A stretch of 64,000 nucleotides of DNA from NCBI GenBank assembly GCA_043228905.1, contig JBHGNT010000002.1:25544001-25608000 (forward strand). Direction: 5' to 3'. Each line of letters opens with the position of its first letter. Within the stretch, counting starts at the first letter, position 1. Positions 13,362-28,302 of the stretch are shown here, piece by piece. A model generated the notes under the pieces. The model was given only the letters and a program-made list of their open reading frames with translations, ran no database searches and had not been told where the DNA came from. A program made the position numbers and the translations under genes. This DNA is from Azolla caroliniana (Eukaryota > Plantae > Polypodiophyta).

Positions 13362-13630
13362 AAAGACTATTAATCTGGTATATCAAAGATTTAGTAACAT
13401 TTCTAGTTCCAGACACCATTTCATTCAGTAATTGACTATGGGAATTAGAATACCCCAATTGCAAGACAGTGTCTCCACATACCCCAAATTGGGGTAAAGA
13501 CTATTAATCTGGTATATCAAAGATTTAGTAACATTTCTAGTTCCAGACACCATTTCATTCAGTAATTGACTATGGGAATTAGAATACCCCAATTGCAAGA
13601 CAGTGTCTCCACATACCCCAAATTGGGGTA
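13362..13630. repeat. Apparently identical 134-bp tandem duplication
   Basis: AAAGACTATTAATCTGG...CCCCAAATTGGGGTA starts at 13362 and again at 13496. Confidence 0.92.
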
Positions 13631-16600
13631 TAAGTTATAATCATGTGTTACATCAATCTAGGAACCATGATTATACCCCAATCTTGGAACCACCCAAATA
13701 TCCTTAGTCTTGAATCTTACATATGTCAGTATTCTGAGCAATTATGTTTGTTTGCACTTAAAAGATGAAACAGGTACACAACCAACCGAATTTCCAAACA
13801 GAAGCTTGAATAAAGAAGAAATAGATGAGATGAGATGAGAAGAGAGAGACTTACTGACTTCAAAGTGGCAACAGCATGAATTTCAGCCAAACCCTAATTT
13901 TTAGGGAACAAGATGCAAGAGGAGGCGAGAATTAGGCATGATGCAGGAGGAGACAAGGGCGTAGCCAAACCCTAAATTTTCAGCCTTCAGGGTATCAGAT
14001 GTTTGTTCACTGTTCGCTTTTCGAGCTATTCTCTGCTCCCTGTAGGCCGTTCCTCCTTCACTGGTCTTTGAATACTCTTTTTTCAAACAAAAGAATAACG
14101 AATACTTGACAATTTCCCATTCGTATTCGTATTCGTTTGCATTCCAGTATTGAAATGCCACGAATGCGAATATGTCAATCTATGGGGACAATAACTTGAA
14201 TGCTTTGGCTTTACTACCCAAAGTGACTATTATTGGATACCATGTTCTCGAGTTGGAAAGATTTCGAGAAAATAATATGATCAAACTTATAAATTCAATA
14301 TAATGGGTTGACTCAAACACGGCAATATTTCTAATTTACATAGAGTATCCACTCAACCCATTTTGCATTTTGTGGCCTTGTGTGCATGCTTCTACTTGTA
14401 TTTGTAGAATCAATATGTTTAACTACTTGACTCTAAACACATCTTAATAATCGGTGAAGGATGGCATATCCTTTATGTATTCAGATAGATCAAGAAACAC
14501 TCATTTGGAGGGAGATAATAGATGTGTGTGTGCGCACACACTCGTTTTTGTATTGGAGATATATAGACAAATATACCAAGATCTAAATCAATTGGTGGTA
14601 GAGGAATATATCGTTTATAAATTTCAATATGACATCGGGTTATGTTGTAAACCACAAAGTTCAATGACCATTCTTATTCAATTCACATGTTTGCACGATT
14701 CCTTCGCGACATTATCTTCAGGGCATGAAAATAAATATTTATTTTAAGGGTTTGCATTTTCAAGGTCGACTATAAGTTGGGAGAAGGTGAATGTTGACTT
14801 GCACGAAGGTGAGAAGCTCTAGTTGGACGCCTCCAATCATCTCCTTGTAGAAGTTCTAACATTGTGAGTTTATTTGAGTCTCATACTATCAGGATGTACT
14901 ATCCTTGGGAATATTGCTCTACTTCATTGTGAGTGCATCTCTAAGGCATGACTGGATGTATCTCATGAGCATAATATAGTTGGTGGTAGCTCAGTAACAT
15001 TACCATGTTCCATATCCTAAACAAATTTTGTGTGTCTAGTGCCCAACAAGAATACAAGTTTATGCATTATATTTTTCTCATGTGTTTTGTTGCAAGTGTC
15101 TCGATCTTGGATTGGTAGGTTGTTCCATTTCCCTTAGTTTATACGCATGCTTGTGGACTCTCATCAAGCCGTCAAGTTTGATGGGTCTTATCACCGTTTC
15201 AAGGAGCATCACTACTGACCAACATAACCTAGCTACCTCTATTTGAAGGTGGCAACCTTTAATTGTATTTTCTTGATGTCATTTTGTCTAGGTTGAATAC
15301 ATTTCCTCCGTAAAACTCTACCCACGCATAACAATACTTGGATTACGTACTAAAACATTGAAACACCAAATCTTGGTATGCCATCTTTAAGGATTTGGAG
15401 TTCAATTGAAAGTGATGGCAAATTGATGTCCAAGAAAACTTGTCATGTATTTGATTATTGTGGACTGCATGTAATAAAGCAGTAAAGTTATTAAGATTTA
15501 AATATACATCTATTGATTACTAAACCTATGGTTCACCACGAGAACACATACCTAATAAATTAAAGGCATTGAGGTTGGTTTATATAAATTAAATTGGATA
15601 ACTTGTTGGGGATATCTCATGTATTTGTTGATCATTCAATTGCGAATGGTCTAAACTTATAAGTTCATTGGTTTGACTGTTGAATTTAAAGAAAAAGGTG
15701 TATAGGTTAACATGTAAGAGGTCATACATACATCATGTATAATTTTTTAAAGTGGGACCACATTAAAAAAGTGCATATGTCATAAAAGAGCAAGTGTCTA
15801 CTCCAAAAATTCTTGATTTTTTGGGATAAGGTGGAAGGTTGAAGCCATCCTAATTTGCAGGGAATAAGAAGGAACAATCGTGAATGAATGTGACATGCCA
15901 TATTTACGTAAACTTACAAATCAACATAGGCGTTTATAATTCATTAATGTTCTCGTCGGTGGAAAGTTTCCTTGTTGACAAGTCAATTGCGAAAGAATTC
16001 CAAATTGTAAGTTCTCTCATCTCGTTGCACCTGTTTTAGCTATTGTCCGGTCATTCATAAATCCATTTTTGTAACATAGTGAATGCATTGACACATTGCT
16101 CGATTTTCAATTTAATGTTTTTTTTGTCTTTTTTTACGTCGTCGTGTAGCTTATATAATTGGAAATAAATGCGAAAGTTTCCATATATAACCCATATGAG
16201 ACAAATCAATTGCGAGGAGTGTCGATACGGAAGGTCCCTTGTCTCCTTTTCAAACTAAAATTACCATCTTTGTTCATGCTTTTAGTATTGAAAATATCAA
16301 ACATAGCTTATGCATTACCATATGACTAAATCGTTTTAATATTGTCTTGTATAGACGACGACGACGAGTATAACCTTCGTAGTCGGCAAATAAAAGAAAG
16401 GTTCCAAGTTTTGCTTATTAACAAGAGCACGAAAACATATATATTTATTCGTTGGTGCGACTCTTGGTTTCACGAAAGAATGAGAGAAGATATGACCGAA
16501 TGTGTGAGAAATCACAACACACAAGGCACCTTATATAGTTCTTAACATGAACCTGTCCTGGCGGAGCTCGCATCTAGCATAACACATGATTTGAAATGGG

Positions 16601-16886
16601 AGAGACAGATGTAGCAGGCAGAAAGGTGGTGATACAGTTAGTTCGTCTTCGACCGGAGATATATGCAATGGAAAAGGCGGACGTCGAGGGTTTCAAGATC
16701 CAGGAAACATGATCGTTAACATAGAATGTGACATGTATATATATGTAGGTACGTAAGTATTATGTAAAATGTATGTACAGAGAGGTGGCCGACCGGTGAT
16801 TGTAAAGAGCCTTGGGGAGGATACAGGATGGGCAGCTGGGACACGATTGGACCCCTCGGCACGGACAGGACATATCATATCCATTC

Positions 16887-16917
<31 letters not shown>

Positions 16918-17379
16918 CCCTTGTTTTGCTTCTGAGTTATTTTCTGAGGGGGCAGGACAGGCCAGGACAAGACAAGGCTAGGGCATGGCAGGGTCCCACT
17001 AAGAAGAAGAAGAAGAAGAAGAAGAATGGAAGAATGGAAGAAGGAAGGCGACAACAAATAAATTTCCACCATATCTATATCATTCCCAAAGGTAACGAAC
17101 GATTGATTGATTCATGGCATGACTTCATAGAAATAAAAGCAAAAAAAGCAAAAAAGCAAAAAGCAAAAAAAGCAAAAAGCAAAAAGCAAAAAGCAGATTC
17201 TCCTCCGATCCCTTCCTCCGGCTCCCTGCAGCTTCCCTCCATAACCCTGCCCCCCCCCACCCGCCTTCTCCTTCTTCCTTCCTTCCTTGCCTGATTTCTT
17301 CCTCCAAGAAGAAGCAGAAGAAGAAGAAGAAGAAGAAGAAGAAGAAGAAGAAGAAGAAGAAGAGTACAATAGCTGAAGG

Positions 17380-20300
17380 ATGAGGTCCTCTTCATCCAAG
17401 AAGCTCAGAGATTTGTCTCTCGGCAGACATGCCTTCATCCAAGAAACCTCCTTCGATTCAATCAAAGAAGAAGAAGAAGCGCCCGATCTTACTCAAGGCA
17501 TGGAGGTGGACACATTTCCTCTTTTCTCATCTCTTTTGTTTGTAGATCCAGATGCTATATACGATAACAAATCTTATGCCCCCAACTGCTCTCTTTTTCA
17601 TTCTCAACAATCACTGTGTTGGCATCAAGCAAACTAAATCATATATTTCACTGCTCTCTTTCCTTCATAAACACAACAATGAATATGTGTTGCATCAACC
17701 ACTCATAATCGTATGTGTTGCATTGCTCTTTCTGCTTTCTTTCTTCAGCAGAGCTGCTATATATAAAGACATGAATGAATATATTGCACTGCACGTAATA
17801 TTCCTTCCTTATTTCCATATATTTATTATATAAGTTATTAATGCCTATGCTGATCTGCTCTTCTCTTCCTACGTGCGCCATTAAATAATCTGTTGCACTG
17901 TTAGTTGTTTTCGTTCTTCAGTAGAAATAGTTGTTACATAAGACATCAAAAGATACTATGAACTGTTGCCTTAATCGTTTTTTTTCTTTAGAGGCCAATG
18001 TTATGCAAGAAATAAAAGCGCATGTTCGAAAGTCTTCATCTATAAATAGGAAAACGTTCAAGTGGAATTTTTTGAGGATTTGAAGGTTTTTGTTGTAGAT
18101 TTTTCTTTTGAAAGTACAAGTTTTTTCCACCCTCCAATTTAGAACTCAGAGGTGATTCGAATGTTTTATTACCTTCAAGTTTATTTTTCACTGAAAGTAT
18201 AAATGACACTCAACTCTGATTTTTATTTGGAGCACCAATGAACACGCACTTTTTTGTATTTGTTCTTCTCTGTGAAGCTCTTATATGAATACAGGAGAAG
18301 CGCATGTCAGACTTTTATCAGACAGATTAGCATATCTTGAACCCTTACAGAAGAAAGAAAAGCATGTGTTGCAGTGCTCAATTCTGCCCAGGCTCACATA
18401 GTGGACACCTGTCAACGAGAAAATAGGAAGAAAATGACCTTAATGTTCACCAATATATATATGAAAGATGGGCATAGGCAGGGACAATGTTACCTATGGT
18501 TGTTCTAGGTTCAATTTCAAATCCCGCTTGACACAAATTTTGTGATAATGTAATCATTGTGCGGAGAAGGGATATGGAATGCAAGGTAGAGGAAGCTTTA
18601 TGCTGTTATTTACGATTGATTTGGCCACAAGGGATATATATGGGTGGTGGGTTAGGTAGAGTAAGCTGAAGTTATCTTAATGATTGCAAGGAGCATGCAT
18701 GGAAGGTGAAGTGGTTAACTAGTGAAAGCTTTCTCTGTGATTGGTTTGGCAGCAACTGCAATTCCCAGTTGCCACAATTTTTGGTCCTTAGTTTTTGCAA
18801 AATATGGAGGTGAAGGTTTCATGGGTTAAAGAAATATATTCCTCTGTTGTTCTGAGTGCAAGTTCAATTCCCATTTTGAACAATTTTGATAAGGAAATAA
18901 TCACAGTGTTGACAAGATATTGAAAGTCAAGTCGTTAGGTGGACGAAGCTTTATCTACTATTGGTTGGGCACAAGTGTGTGTCTTGAAATATTTTGGTGC
19001 AGTGGTATATTCTCACTATCTTGGAAGCCGATGCTACAAGCATACTTCTCTCCACCCAATAATTTGCTGCCCCATCAGCACCATGCCACTTTTACCTTCT
19101 ATCCCTTGTGAATGTTATGTTAAATAGATTTAAGGGCATAATGGAATAGAGAAGGGGTTAATGACTCCACAAACCAACTATTGGTGCTTGATAGGATCAA
19201 GATACAGGTGCCCCAAAGCCTGGGCCCATAAGCTAAGAAGCTATATATTGCAACATCCAAATTAGATACAGTTGCAGGTAATTGAATAGTGAAAGGTAAG
19301 GAATCTGGATACATTCATTTAGTAATGGATTGTCAGGTATTCCCATGCCCTACTAAACCTAGAGAGCAAAAAGCAAGGATTTTGCAATAGTTCACACTCC
19401 TATTTATACCAATTAACCCTGAGTTTCTCTACAAACCATTGTGGATCGAATAAATAGGAGTTAATGGATCTAGGGCATACTCCTGGTGCTTGATATGGAT
19501 GCTCTGTGCTGAGGTCCAATAACTGAGTTTGCACAAGGTTCTTCCATACCATTAGAGAGAAGAGACATGCTCATACCTTGAATAGAATGATAAATATCAG
19601 TAGAAATAAGATGACGATTTGGAAGGATACTATCAGGAAAGTCAAATTTGAGTTCTTGAACATCTTTGATCTAAAAGTTTATAGGCTGAAGGCTTTCTTT
19701 CATTATTATTATTTTTTCTATGTGAGAACATTCCTATCCCATGCATAATAATTTGGAGCCATGGAGAATTGGCTCTCTTATCACCTTTATAATAATACAA
19801 GAATTTACAGTTTCAACTTTGGAATGTTTCTACCATGCTACTTCTTTTTTGTTTATTACATAGCACTCTGCAGAGTATCTACAAATATTCTATTATATTA
19901 TTTAGAAGTTTAGATAATCAGTAATAGCTGAGACTATTATTTATGACATGAAATCATTGCGTTCAATTGTATTTTCTTTCAAATTCTCTAAGATCACTCT
20001 AGTTTCTTGAAATGGATTTTTACAATCATAGGACGAATTTTCTTTTTTCTTTTGAGTGATAACTTCATAAAGTGATACATTGTAGGATGTGAAGAATATA
20101 AAAGCACAATACGAGGGACTTTTGGCTAGTGGTTTGACGATTTCTGGTGCAGCTTATGGTAAGCTTAATGTTTTCTACGTCTTTTCATGTATGCGTCTCT
20201 TTGTGTTCTCCAAATTAAAATGATGATTCCTTCTCGAGAAAAGTTAACTTCATAAATGGCCATTATTGGCCTTCCATCTCTTATCTCCTCTTACGTTCAG

Positions 20301-23300
20301 TCATCCTATGGTTTCCTCAGCCCAACACTAGTAAGGCACAAATACGTAACAGGATTGCCCCGCTATCCGCAACGAGAATGACGGGCTCATTTATTCATAT
20401 GAAACAAAATAAAACTAGGCAAGCTTTTCAAGCTTCTAGTTAATCACATACCAAATTTCTTCTCAATAAAAGGGGTCTGATTTCATCTCTATCAACATGC
20501 ATACGAAAGAAAATAGATCTAGGCAAGCTTTCAACCTTCTAATCGATCACATACCAAATTTTTTCTCAAGCTAAGGGTTTTGATTTCATTGCTATCAATA
20601 TGAGTATAGGTGACACAGCATCTAGTTCATGCTGTGCATGAACTTTTTGAGAAATGTCAGCTTTTTAACTTGAATTCGTTGCACTCATATATAATGCATA
20701 TGTCCATTTTGGAAACTTCATTATCTACATCTTTATGATTTTGCGACACTGTCATCCTTATATGTCTCTCTATCATTTACTCACTCATGTTGACTCATAC
20801 ACTTACTTCATATTTGACCTTCCAAGGATGGTAGTATACCTGTTCATCTATCATCCAACGCTACTACTCATTTATGCACATAAGTTCTGATCTTCCCAAT
20901 GGGCAAAATTGTAACATGTTGCTTGCAAGTTTCCGACATCATCACCTATCTGGAGGTTGGGTATGTATAGGTCACAAGGCATCCAATTTCAAATCATCAA
21001 TGTTTTCACTGTCAAGTATGCATTGTGGGGTTTTCGCATGGATGGCATAATTGACTGTATGATGGAGATGATTTAGTATGAAAGAAAAGTGAACTGAGTA
21101 GGCGTGTCACAGACGTTGATGGTAGTCAAGGAGAAATAGGTTCATTGGCTTCTGCAGTTTACTGAAAGCTGAGACTAGTTTTGTTTTGGATGAAACATAT
21201 TTATTGTGATTACAGTCATAAGTATTCAACGACATTTATCATGTGGCTTCATGGTAATCCCGCTTTCTGGTAAATATAGTTACTTATGTTTCTCTTAATA
21301 TCTGATGATGGCTGCAACTGAGTGTGTTTTTGTGTAGTTATTGCCAATGCAGTTTAGTTTACTTGAACTTCGAATCTTTATTCCCTGCTACTTGGTCTAT
21401 GATTAAGATGTGCATTAGTTTGGAATCAATGATTAACAATTGCGATCAAAACAACCTTTCATATTTCCAATTGCAGATTTCTCACGAGCTATTCAGGGCA
21501 TGGCTTCTTGTATGCTGGAAACTTCTACACATTTTCTTGATCCAGAAACTGGTATTTGCCAAAACTGACTAGATGGATATTGAAATTAATCATGAATTAC
21601 TATGAGTTTGAGCTTGAGACATTGGCAGTTAAAGCCTAAGTTCTTTCTTATTGTATGTGCAGAGAACATTTTCAGCATGCTAGCAAAAGTTCAGTTTGAA
21701 ATTTCGAAGCTTCTTGACCTTTTTGTACGGAATAGAAGAGCATGAGAGTACTTGTTTTCTACATGTTATAATCTTGTGTTAATATATTTTAACATCGTTA
21801 CCTTTATTGGCAGGCTTCCCATGTTTCTCAATCGATAATATCTCCCACTGAAATGATGATGAATGAACTCGAACAGGTCAAGGTGGGTTTATATTTGATT
21901 TGTTTATTCTGATCTTATGAGTAAGGTGGATTCATTTCACAATTAGGCTTTTCAATCATACAATGGCATGGCAGGTTATGAAGGAACAATATGATGGAAA
22001 ACGGTGAGTCCTCGTCTGCTGCCATAAAAAAGCTGATTCTGATTCAATCATAACATTACAGAAGAAACAGAAGTATCTTGGTGCGCAAGAATTGAAAATT
22101 TTAAAATATCTTAGCTTGCTTGGTACTTGTGCAATCTATATCTCTCTATCTGTACCTTGACAAAACTTGCCACTAGACAATTGCATGCTGCATTGTGACA
22201 TTGAACTGATACTAAGTGCATCACTGGCTCACGACCATTGGAGTTGGAGACAGGTTGGGACATAGGTGTACCAAAGGAGCAGTACACCTGCTTGCCAGAG
22301 ATGCATAGGACTCTTTATACTGGAGATATGTAGCCAAAGATGAGACCCTCTTGATGAGCAGAAATTGAGGCCACAAGGGCCTTTTGTAGAAAAATTACAG
22401 ATTTCGGCATACCTCTCAGGATGTCCTAGTGACAGCAGTCCCTAGCACACCATGATGGCTTCTTTTTGATGATGTACTCTTTGTGGGATAACAAAGTTTT
22501 CCATGGATATTCAGATCCTTCACAGGAGGCATTGTTTGCTTCAGAGGATACAGATTGATCACTACCATGGATGTCCTCCTCGTTACATTCGCCCATCACC
22601 CACATACGTTGTATCATATTTGTTCCTCATCTCTGGTGTTTATGTGGATTTCCTCCCATTGGTCATTTTGACCTTTTATACTAGTCTTAGTATTGCACCA
22701 GAATCCAAGGTCAAAACAACTTGGACATGCCACGAATGATCCATTTAGGACCAAGCCACGTACCTATACTCTAATGTAGCAACCATACTTCTTGTTCATT
22801 CCACACCACTTCCACCATGCATGAAATGTTGTACTCAATCTTCAGTATTGGATGAAATAATTCACGTAGTCATGCATATCCTACTTGTACACCCATTTCG
22901 TATATCATTATAGAGGTCCCCCTATGCTATTATTACTTACTCTGCACACTTTTTTTCATTCACCTCTAAACGTAGACTGTTTTCTTCTCATGTATTATTG
23001 TCCTTTTCAATCTCATAGGCTGATTTTGGCTCCTAGAAAAGGTAATTTTACGTTGATTTAACTTAACCAATACAGAAATAACCTTTTGCAGCAAAGTATA
23101 CAATCTTACACTGAGGGAGATTCAGAAAGGAAATTTAAAGATTGGGAAAGGAGCGAGTTCGAATCAGCAAATAACATTAGCAAAAACTAACTTTATTGAG
23201 CACACGCATGCTCTCAGTTTTCGTTTGCAGTCACTAAAGCAGGGACAGTCTCTAAGCCTAAGCACGCAAGCAGCTAGATATCACTCTGCACAGGTAGAAT

Positions 23301-24775
23301 GATAATTCAACATTTAATAAAAGCATTTAAATGCTGGAATGACCAGATGACATCATTCAACAGATGCACCTTTTTAGCAAGGGTCTTGCGTCGATCAGTG
23401 CTATGGAACTTGTGATGGATCAAATCGCATCCACGAAGAATATTGATAGAACCTTATCTGAGGATGATACTGCTAATGATGATGCCAGCTTTAGAAGAGA
23501 AGGTGATCTATCAAATAGTGGGGGAGATGTCAGCGAGAGCATAACAAGTTCACCAAGTGTTTTCCAGGTAAGTGTTTCTTTTGGTAATTTTGAGGCATCC
23601 AGTTCATGCTTTTACAGGTATCCTCGCATGGATGGAGAGAGCCTAACAAGCTCTCCAAGTGCTTTCCAGGTGATGATTTCTTAGGAAAACCTCCAAAATA
23701 CCCCTAAGTTGGATAATCGCTAGACTATCCCTAAGCTTCAAAAGGGTTATTCTGATTTTTTTTGAAAATTTAGGGTTATTGTTGAAAACTACATGGGGGT
23801 TGCTTTGGACTGTTTAGGCATGCATAATATTCGATGAATATCTTCTATCGTGTGACATCTTAATTTTGTAGGAATCTCAAACTGCTGGGGCACAAACGTT
23901 GGAAGAACATCGAGTTATTTACTCAAAGGCACCCAACAGCAAATCAGCTCCCATTTCGGCAGCCCTTTATGAAAAGGATGGTCCAATTGAAGGGGAATCA
24001 ACACGAAATTATGTTTCTATGTATGCTCTTCCTTCTCCAACAACCGCAAGCGGAAGAAATGGTTCTGAGTCAATAGGTCTGATTTTCTTGAAATTTCATG
24101 GTTTAGTGATTTTCAACCTGTTTTCTATGCTCGACTAATAGAGTAAGACCTAAACCAGGAAATGAGAGCAGTGTTGCCCATGAAATGAAGATGCCCTTAG
24201 TTTCGTGGGAGCATAAAGACAGCTCTTCAAATCAGTCTACTACCAAGAAAAACATTTTGAGTGACTTCAGAGAAGAAGGCTATCAATCGAGTAGCGTTCC
24301 AAAGATTGGAAGGAGTTTTAGCCACTCTGGAAGGCATGAAAACACAAGCCATTCAAACACAATACCATTATCTCATGTTAAGCAGATAATTCCATCATAT
24401 AAATCTGGTCCAATAAGTAGATCATCGCCGATGGTTACACATGCGTCTCATTCTGCTTCAACAATATCACCCCAAATTGTTTCTTCTCCACAAATTAGTG
24501 AGTTACATAAGCTTCCTCTACCTCCCTCTCCTAAAGTAGGGACAGCTATTCCTCATTCAGCACCCTTTGCAAAGAAACCACCAAAATCTCCTCCTTTATC
24601 TCCGTTGCCAACACCTCCTACCCTTGGTGCTCGCAGTTTATCGACACCGGCATCTGCAAAGCATATAATCAACATTCATGAACATGGTGAGAATGATGCT
24701 CGAGAGAAGTTTCCATTTCCTCGAATGTTGAAATCGATCATATTACCTGGAGTCAATACAAGCATGTCAAATTAA
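17380..24775 (+). CDS. At2g33490-family protein (N-terminal BAR-like helical domain, Pro/Ser-rich disordered C-terminus)
   Basis: Exons 17380-17505, 20086-20158, 21477-21551, 21663-21724, 21814-21882, 21975-22003, 23092-23293, 23364-23567 (or -23669), 23872-24076, 24159-24775. Family-like motifs FRLQSLKQGQSLSLSTQAARYHSAQ, SKSAP, YALPSP and SPQISELHKLPLPP. Confidence 0.82.
22190..22330 (+). mobile_element. Short LINE 3' remnant in intron 6 of the BAR-like gene
   Basis: SRPLELETGWDIGVPKEQYTC aligns by eye to SHQLEIENGRTSGVPREERIC of the LINE at 62.3 kb. Confidence 0.5.
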
Positions 24776-27700
24776 TCATCACATTGACAACTAGATGTAT
24801 CTACCAACATGTTCCAGCATTTACAAAAAGTACGAGAATCGTTTGCGTCTGTTTTTCAAATAAAATCTCCTTCGGTTACGGAAGATCATTAGCAATAAAA
24901 TGTGCTGAAATGGGTATTTCTAGGTCAACAATGTTGGTTGTGTAGGCCGATAAGGTGTGACATTATGCTCATGTAAACTGTTCTAAACCCAAATGGAGGA
25001 AGTTTTTGTGTACTCATGGGTTGCTTTAAGTTAAAAGACTTGATCACATACAAATAAATTGTATACCAAGACCTTATGTATAATATAATCAGCACGATAT
25101 AATCATTTTATTTCATGTTACTTTCTAGTCTTTCTAGATTCCCAAGAAACTTGCAACTATTTAGCTTTCTTTAAACTGTCGAGATTAAAAGTATAGGCAT
25201 TGTACATCAACTTTTGCCAACATGGGCAAATTTCCCAATGTATTGGTGAGTAGCCTGTTGATACTCAGATAAAGATACTCCTTTGACAGATTATTGCAAT
25301 CTCACGTTGTTTTGTAAGATAATAATTTCTGAACATGGTGATAATGACACATATGACAACTTATGATATCTAGTTTTTCGACTCTATGTTTACTATAAAT
25401 AGTGGTTCAACTGTTGCCAGGAGGTTTACTGCAAAATAGTCTATAAGTAAATAATTCAAAGATAGATTTCATCTGCCTCCATGGCTGATTAAAAAATGGT
25501 TTAAGTTATGCATGGTTTTTCTTGTAATTGGATTTGAAATAATGAGATTTCATTATGGTTTTCTAAAAGCTGTGTCCACAACAAACAAGTGAAAATGTTT
25601 GTTTAGTTTCCTTGTTCAGATGGGTGTTTGTGGTAGTGTTACATCTCCGAGGGTTTGAGCTGAGTAATAATAAATACAGCTTTCCCTGGGTTTTGTAGGC
25701 AATATTTTATCAAGGTTCTAGTTGAGTGCATGTGTTGCTATATTGATATGAAAATTGTAGATAGCTCTGAATAAATTCTTTAACAAATACATTTTTTTGG
25801 GATGTCTATAATGTTGATTCTTGTTGGCCATGTACTATCCATTATGTATTCCTTGGTTGTTATTCCAGTCTTGCTCGAGTCAAGCCCCACCACATTTTCA
25901 TATAAATTCATAAAATTGTTTCAAGTTATTGAAGTGTTTTCATTGTGTTAATAAATTTATGTACTTTATTCTCTCAAATGCTCTATAAAAGGTTCAAGAA
26001 TTTAAAGTAGCACTTGCCACCGACCATTTGATTTTCGTCTTTGTTGGCTAATATTTGATTCTTCTTTAATTGAAATTGGCTTTTATTTTGTGCTATATGA
26101 ATGTAAGCACAACCATGGCATCAACGTTTTCATGATGATACTAGTTGGACATTTTTCATGATGATACTAGTTGGACATCCTCTCAAAACCTCTATCAACG
26201 TTTTAAGGATTCATAGCCAAACATTGGTTAGATGGAACTGCCTTGGGGGTTAGATCAATTTAGAGAAATTCTACTCCTACTTTGAATTAAGCAGAGTGTG
26301 TTGTAAGAAGCATCCTCACAAGATCTTTATGAGTATTAATCGTGAAGGAATAGGTTTTTTGACTTTTCATCCTACTAGATTGAGATATTGTACTTATGAG
26401 CCATTGCACTAGTGTAGAGGAACTTCAAACCTCATTGATCATGTTTTTGATACCTCCTCATGTAGAGATCCGGTTCTCAAAATAAGTTATGAATACATTT
26501 GATCTAAATTTTATATAAGGATATCTCATGCTACTTTTGTCTTCAATCTCAAGTCTCGGTAACATATTCACACATTGAAGTTGCACAATGATAATATCAT
26601 GCAATATCCATGTTCTCTAGAGTATGAAATGACACATCATTGTTTTTCCATATGATAACCTTTAGTGTGCAATACAAAAAAGTACAATCTAGACCTTGAA
26701 TTTTTATGCATAGTACATTACATGACACCCTATACTCAAGGCATTATGCTACATGGGACATAAAATTTAAATGGCATATCCATTTTTGCACCTATGATGG
26801 GCTTAAATGTCTCAAAAAATGGAGCCCAAGATCCTTCTTGATGGATTTAACACGTGCAATGGAGCCCATTAGAGGTAGTTGTCATCGCAAATAAACCCAT
26901 CTTACTCCTAGCTTGTGTGCAAAGATGATGGCGTGGTTTATTTTCTTCACCTTCTTGTCCATTGTGCAACATGTCTATAACCCATGGTAATGTATCAACA
27001 CCTCGTTCTTACGATGAACTCGTCAAATCCTTTGCTAATCCTATTAAATTGAAAGATACAATATTTTGGTTTTGTCATAAACTCCCCAAATTAGCTTATT
27101 CTAGGAGCTTAATTTCTTTATCCCAAGCAAGACAAATAGGAGGACACGTTCCTTTTTCTACCATGTATTGGAACCCCCATCGATTTGAGTAACCTAACTA
27201 AATAAAGCATGCGTTTGCATTTTTGTCGTCGAACATGTTTCTTTTTTTCCTTGAAAGATTTTCTTCAATAGTATTAGAAAATGTCTGAAAACTACAAGTT
27301 GAAGTTATCTGCCTAGAGACTTACAACGTAGAATAAAAGACATTGTATGTACACCAAAACCTGTACATACAAAAACAACTTATAAAGGGATGTTGAACCT
27401 TGATACGGTACATTACCATGATGTACTGATATTCAAGAAAGGGTCCATGGAAGTTGATAGTTCCATTGGGGGCCCTTGATTTGACACTACAAAGAGGGGC
27501 AACTTCCTCCATAAATTTCTATAGAACATGTTTTCTATAAGTTTCTTTTATAAGTTTTTTACAAAATCCTAGTGATTAGAAGCGAAACAAGGCTATACTA
27601 ACATGCTGAATCCTCATAAAATTTAAAGCCAATATACCCTTGGAAAAAACAAAGTACAATATATACCCTAGGGGTTTCGATGAGCCATTGCAACGAGTAT

Positions 27701-28302
27701 ACTTGAAGAAGGTTTTTTGCGTCTTCGGCCTTCAGAGTGAGAGCAACTCTCTTTTTTTCTTCTTCTTGTAAAGTAACTCTCTCTCTCTCTTTCATAAATA
27801 ATGGCTTCCATTACGAAACAAAAAACACCACCATGACTAACTTATTACAAAGTATAGAACCCTTCTATCTAGGGATCTAAAGAATACTACGACACCAAAC
27901 TCAATGCCACCCTACACACCAATTCAAATGGCGGGTATGATGACATGTGACCTTGCAGAGTTCTCTCTCTTCCTGGTTGAGATTTCATGACTTCTCTAGC
28001 ACTGTCAATAGCCACAAAAGAAGTCCTTTTAACTTTACAACATATTTTCTCACCCCAACTTGCGAATAAAAAATGAAAGCATTCAACATATTCCAATAGA
28101 ACCATAGCCCCCAATACCTCAAGAACTCAAAAATAATTTGAAAATGAGGCATCGGTTCATTGTTCTCCATATGTGCAAAAACCCAACTGAAGGAAGATAG
28201 ACTTACTCTTGTTAGAGACATCCACACTAAACTGATACACCTCCAAACTGAACAAAAGAAACACAATCCTTTAGTAAACTCTCTCTCTCTCTCTATTGTA
28301 AG

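Noticed and set aside
16769-17465. Several overlapping ORFs upstream of the BAR-like gene
   Set aside because: They arise from CA, AAAAGC and GAA microsatellites in the promoter and 5' UTR.
18430-19620. Possible antisense LINE remnant in intron 1 of the BAR-like gene
   Set aside because: Only faint motif resemblance; too degraded to call.
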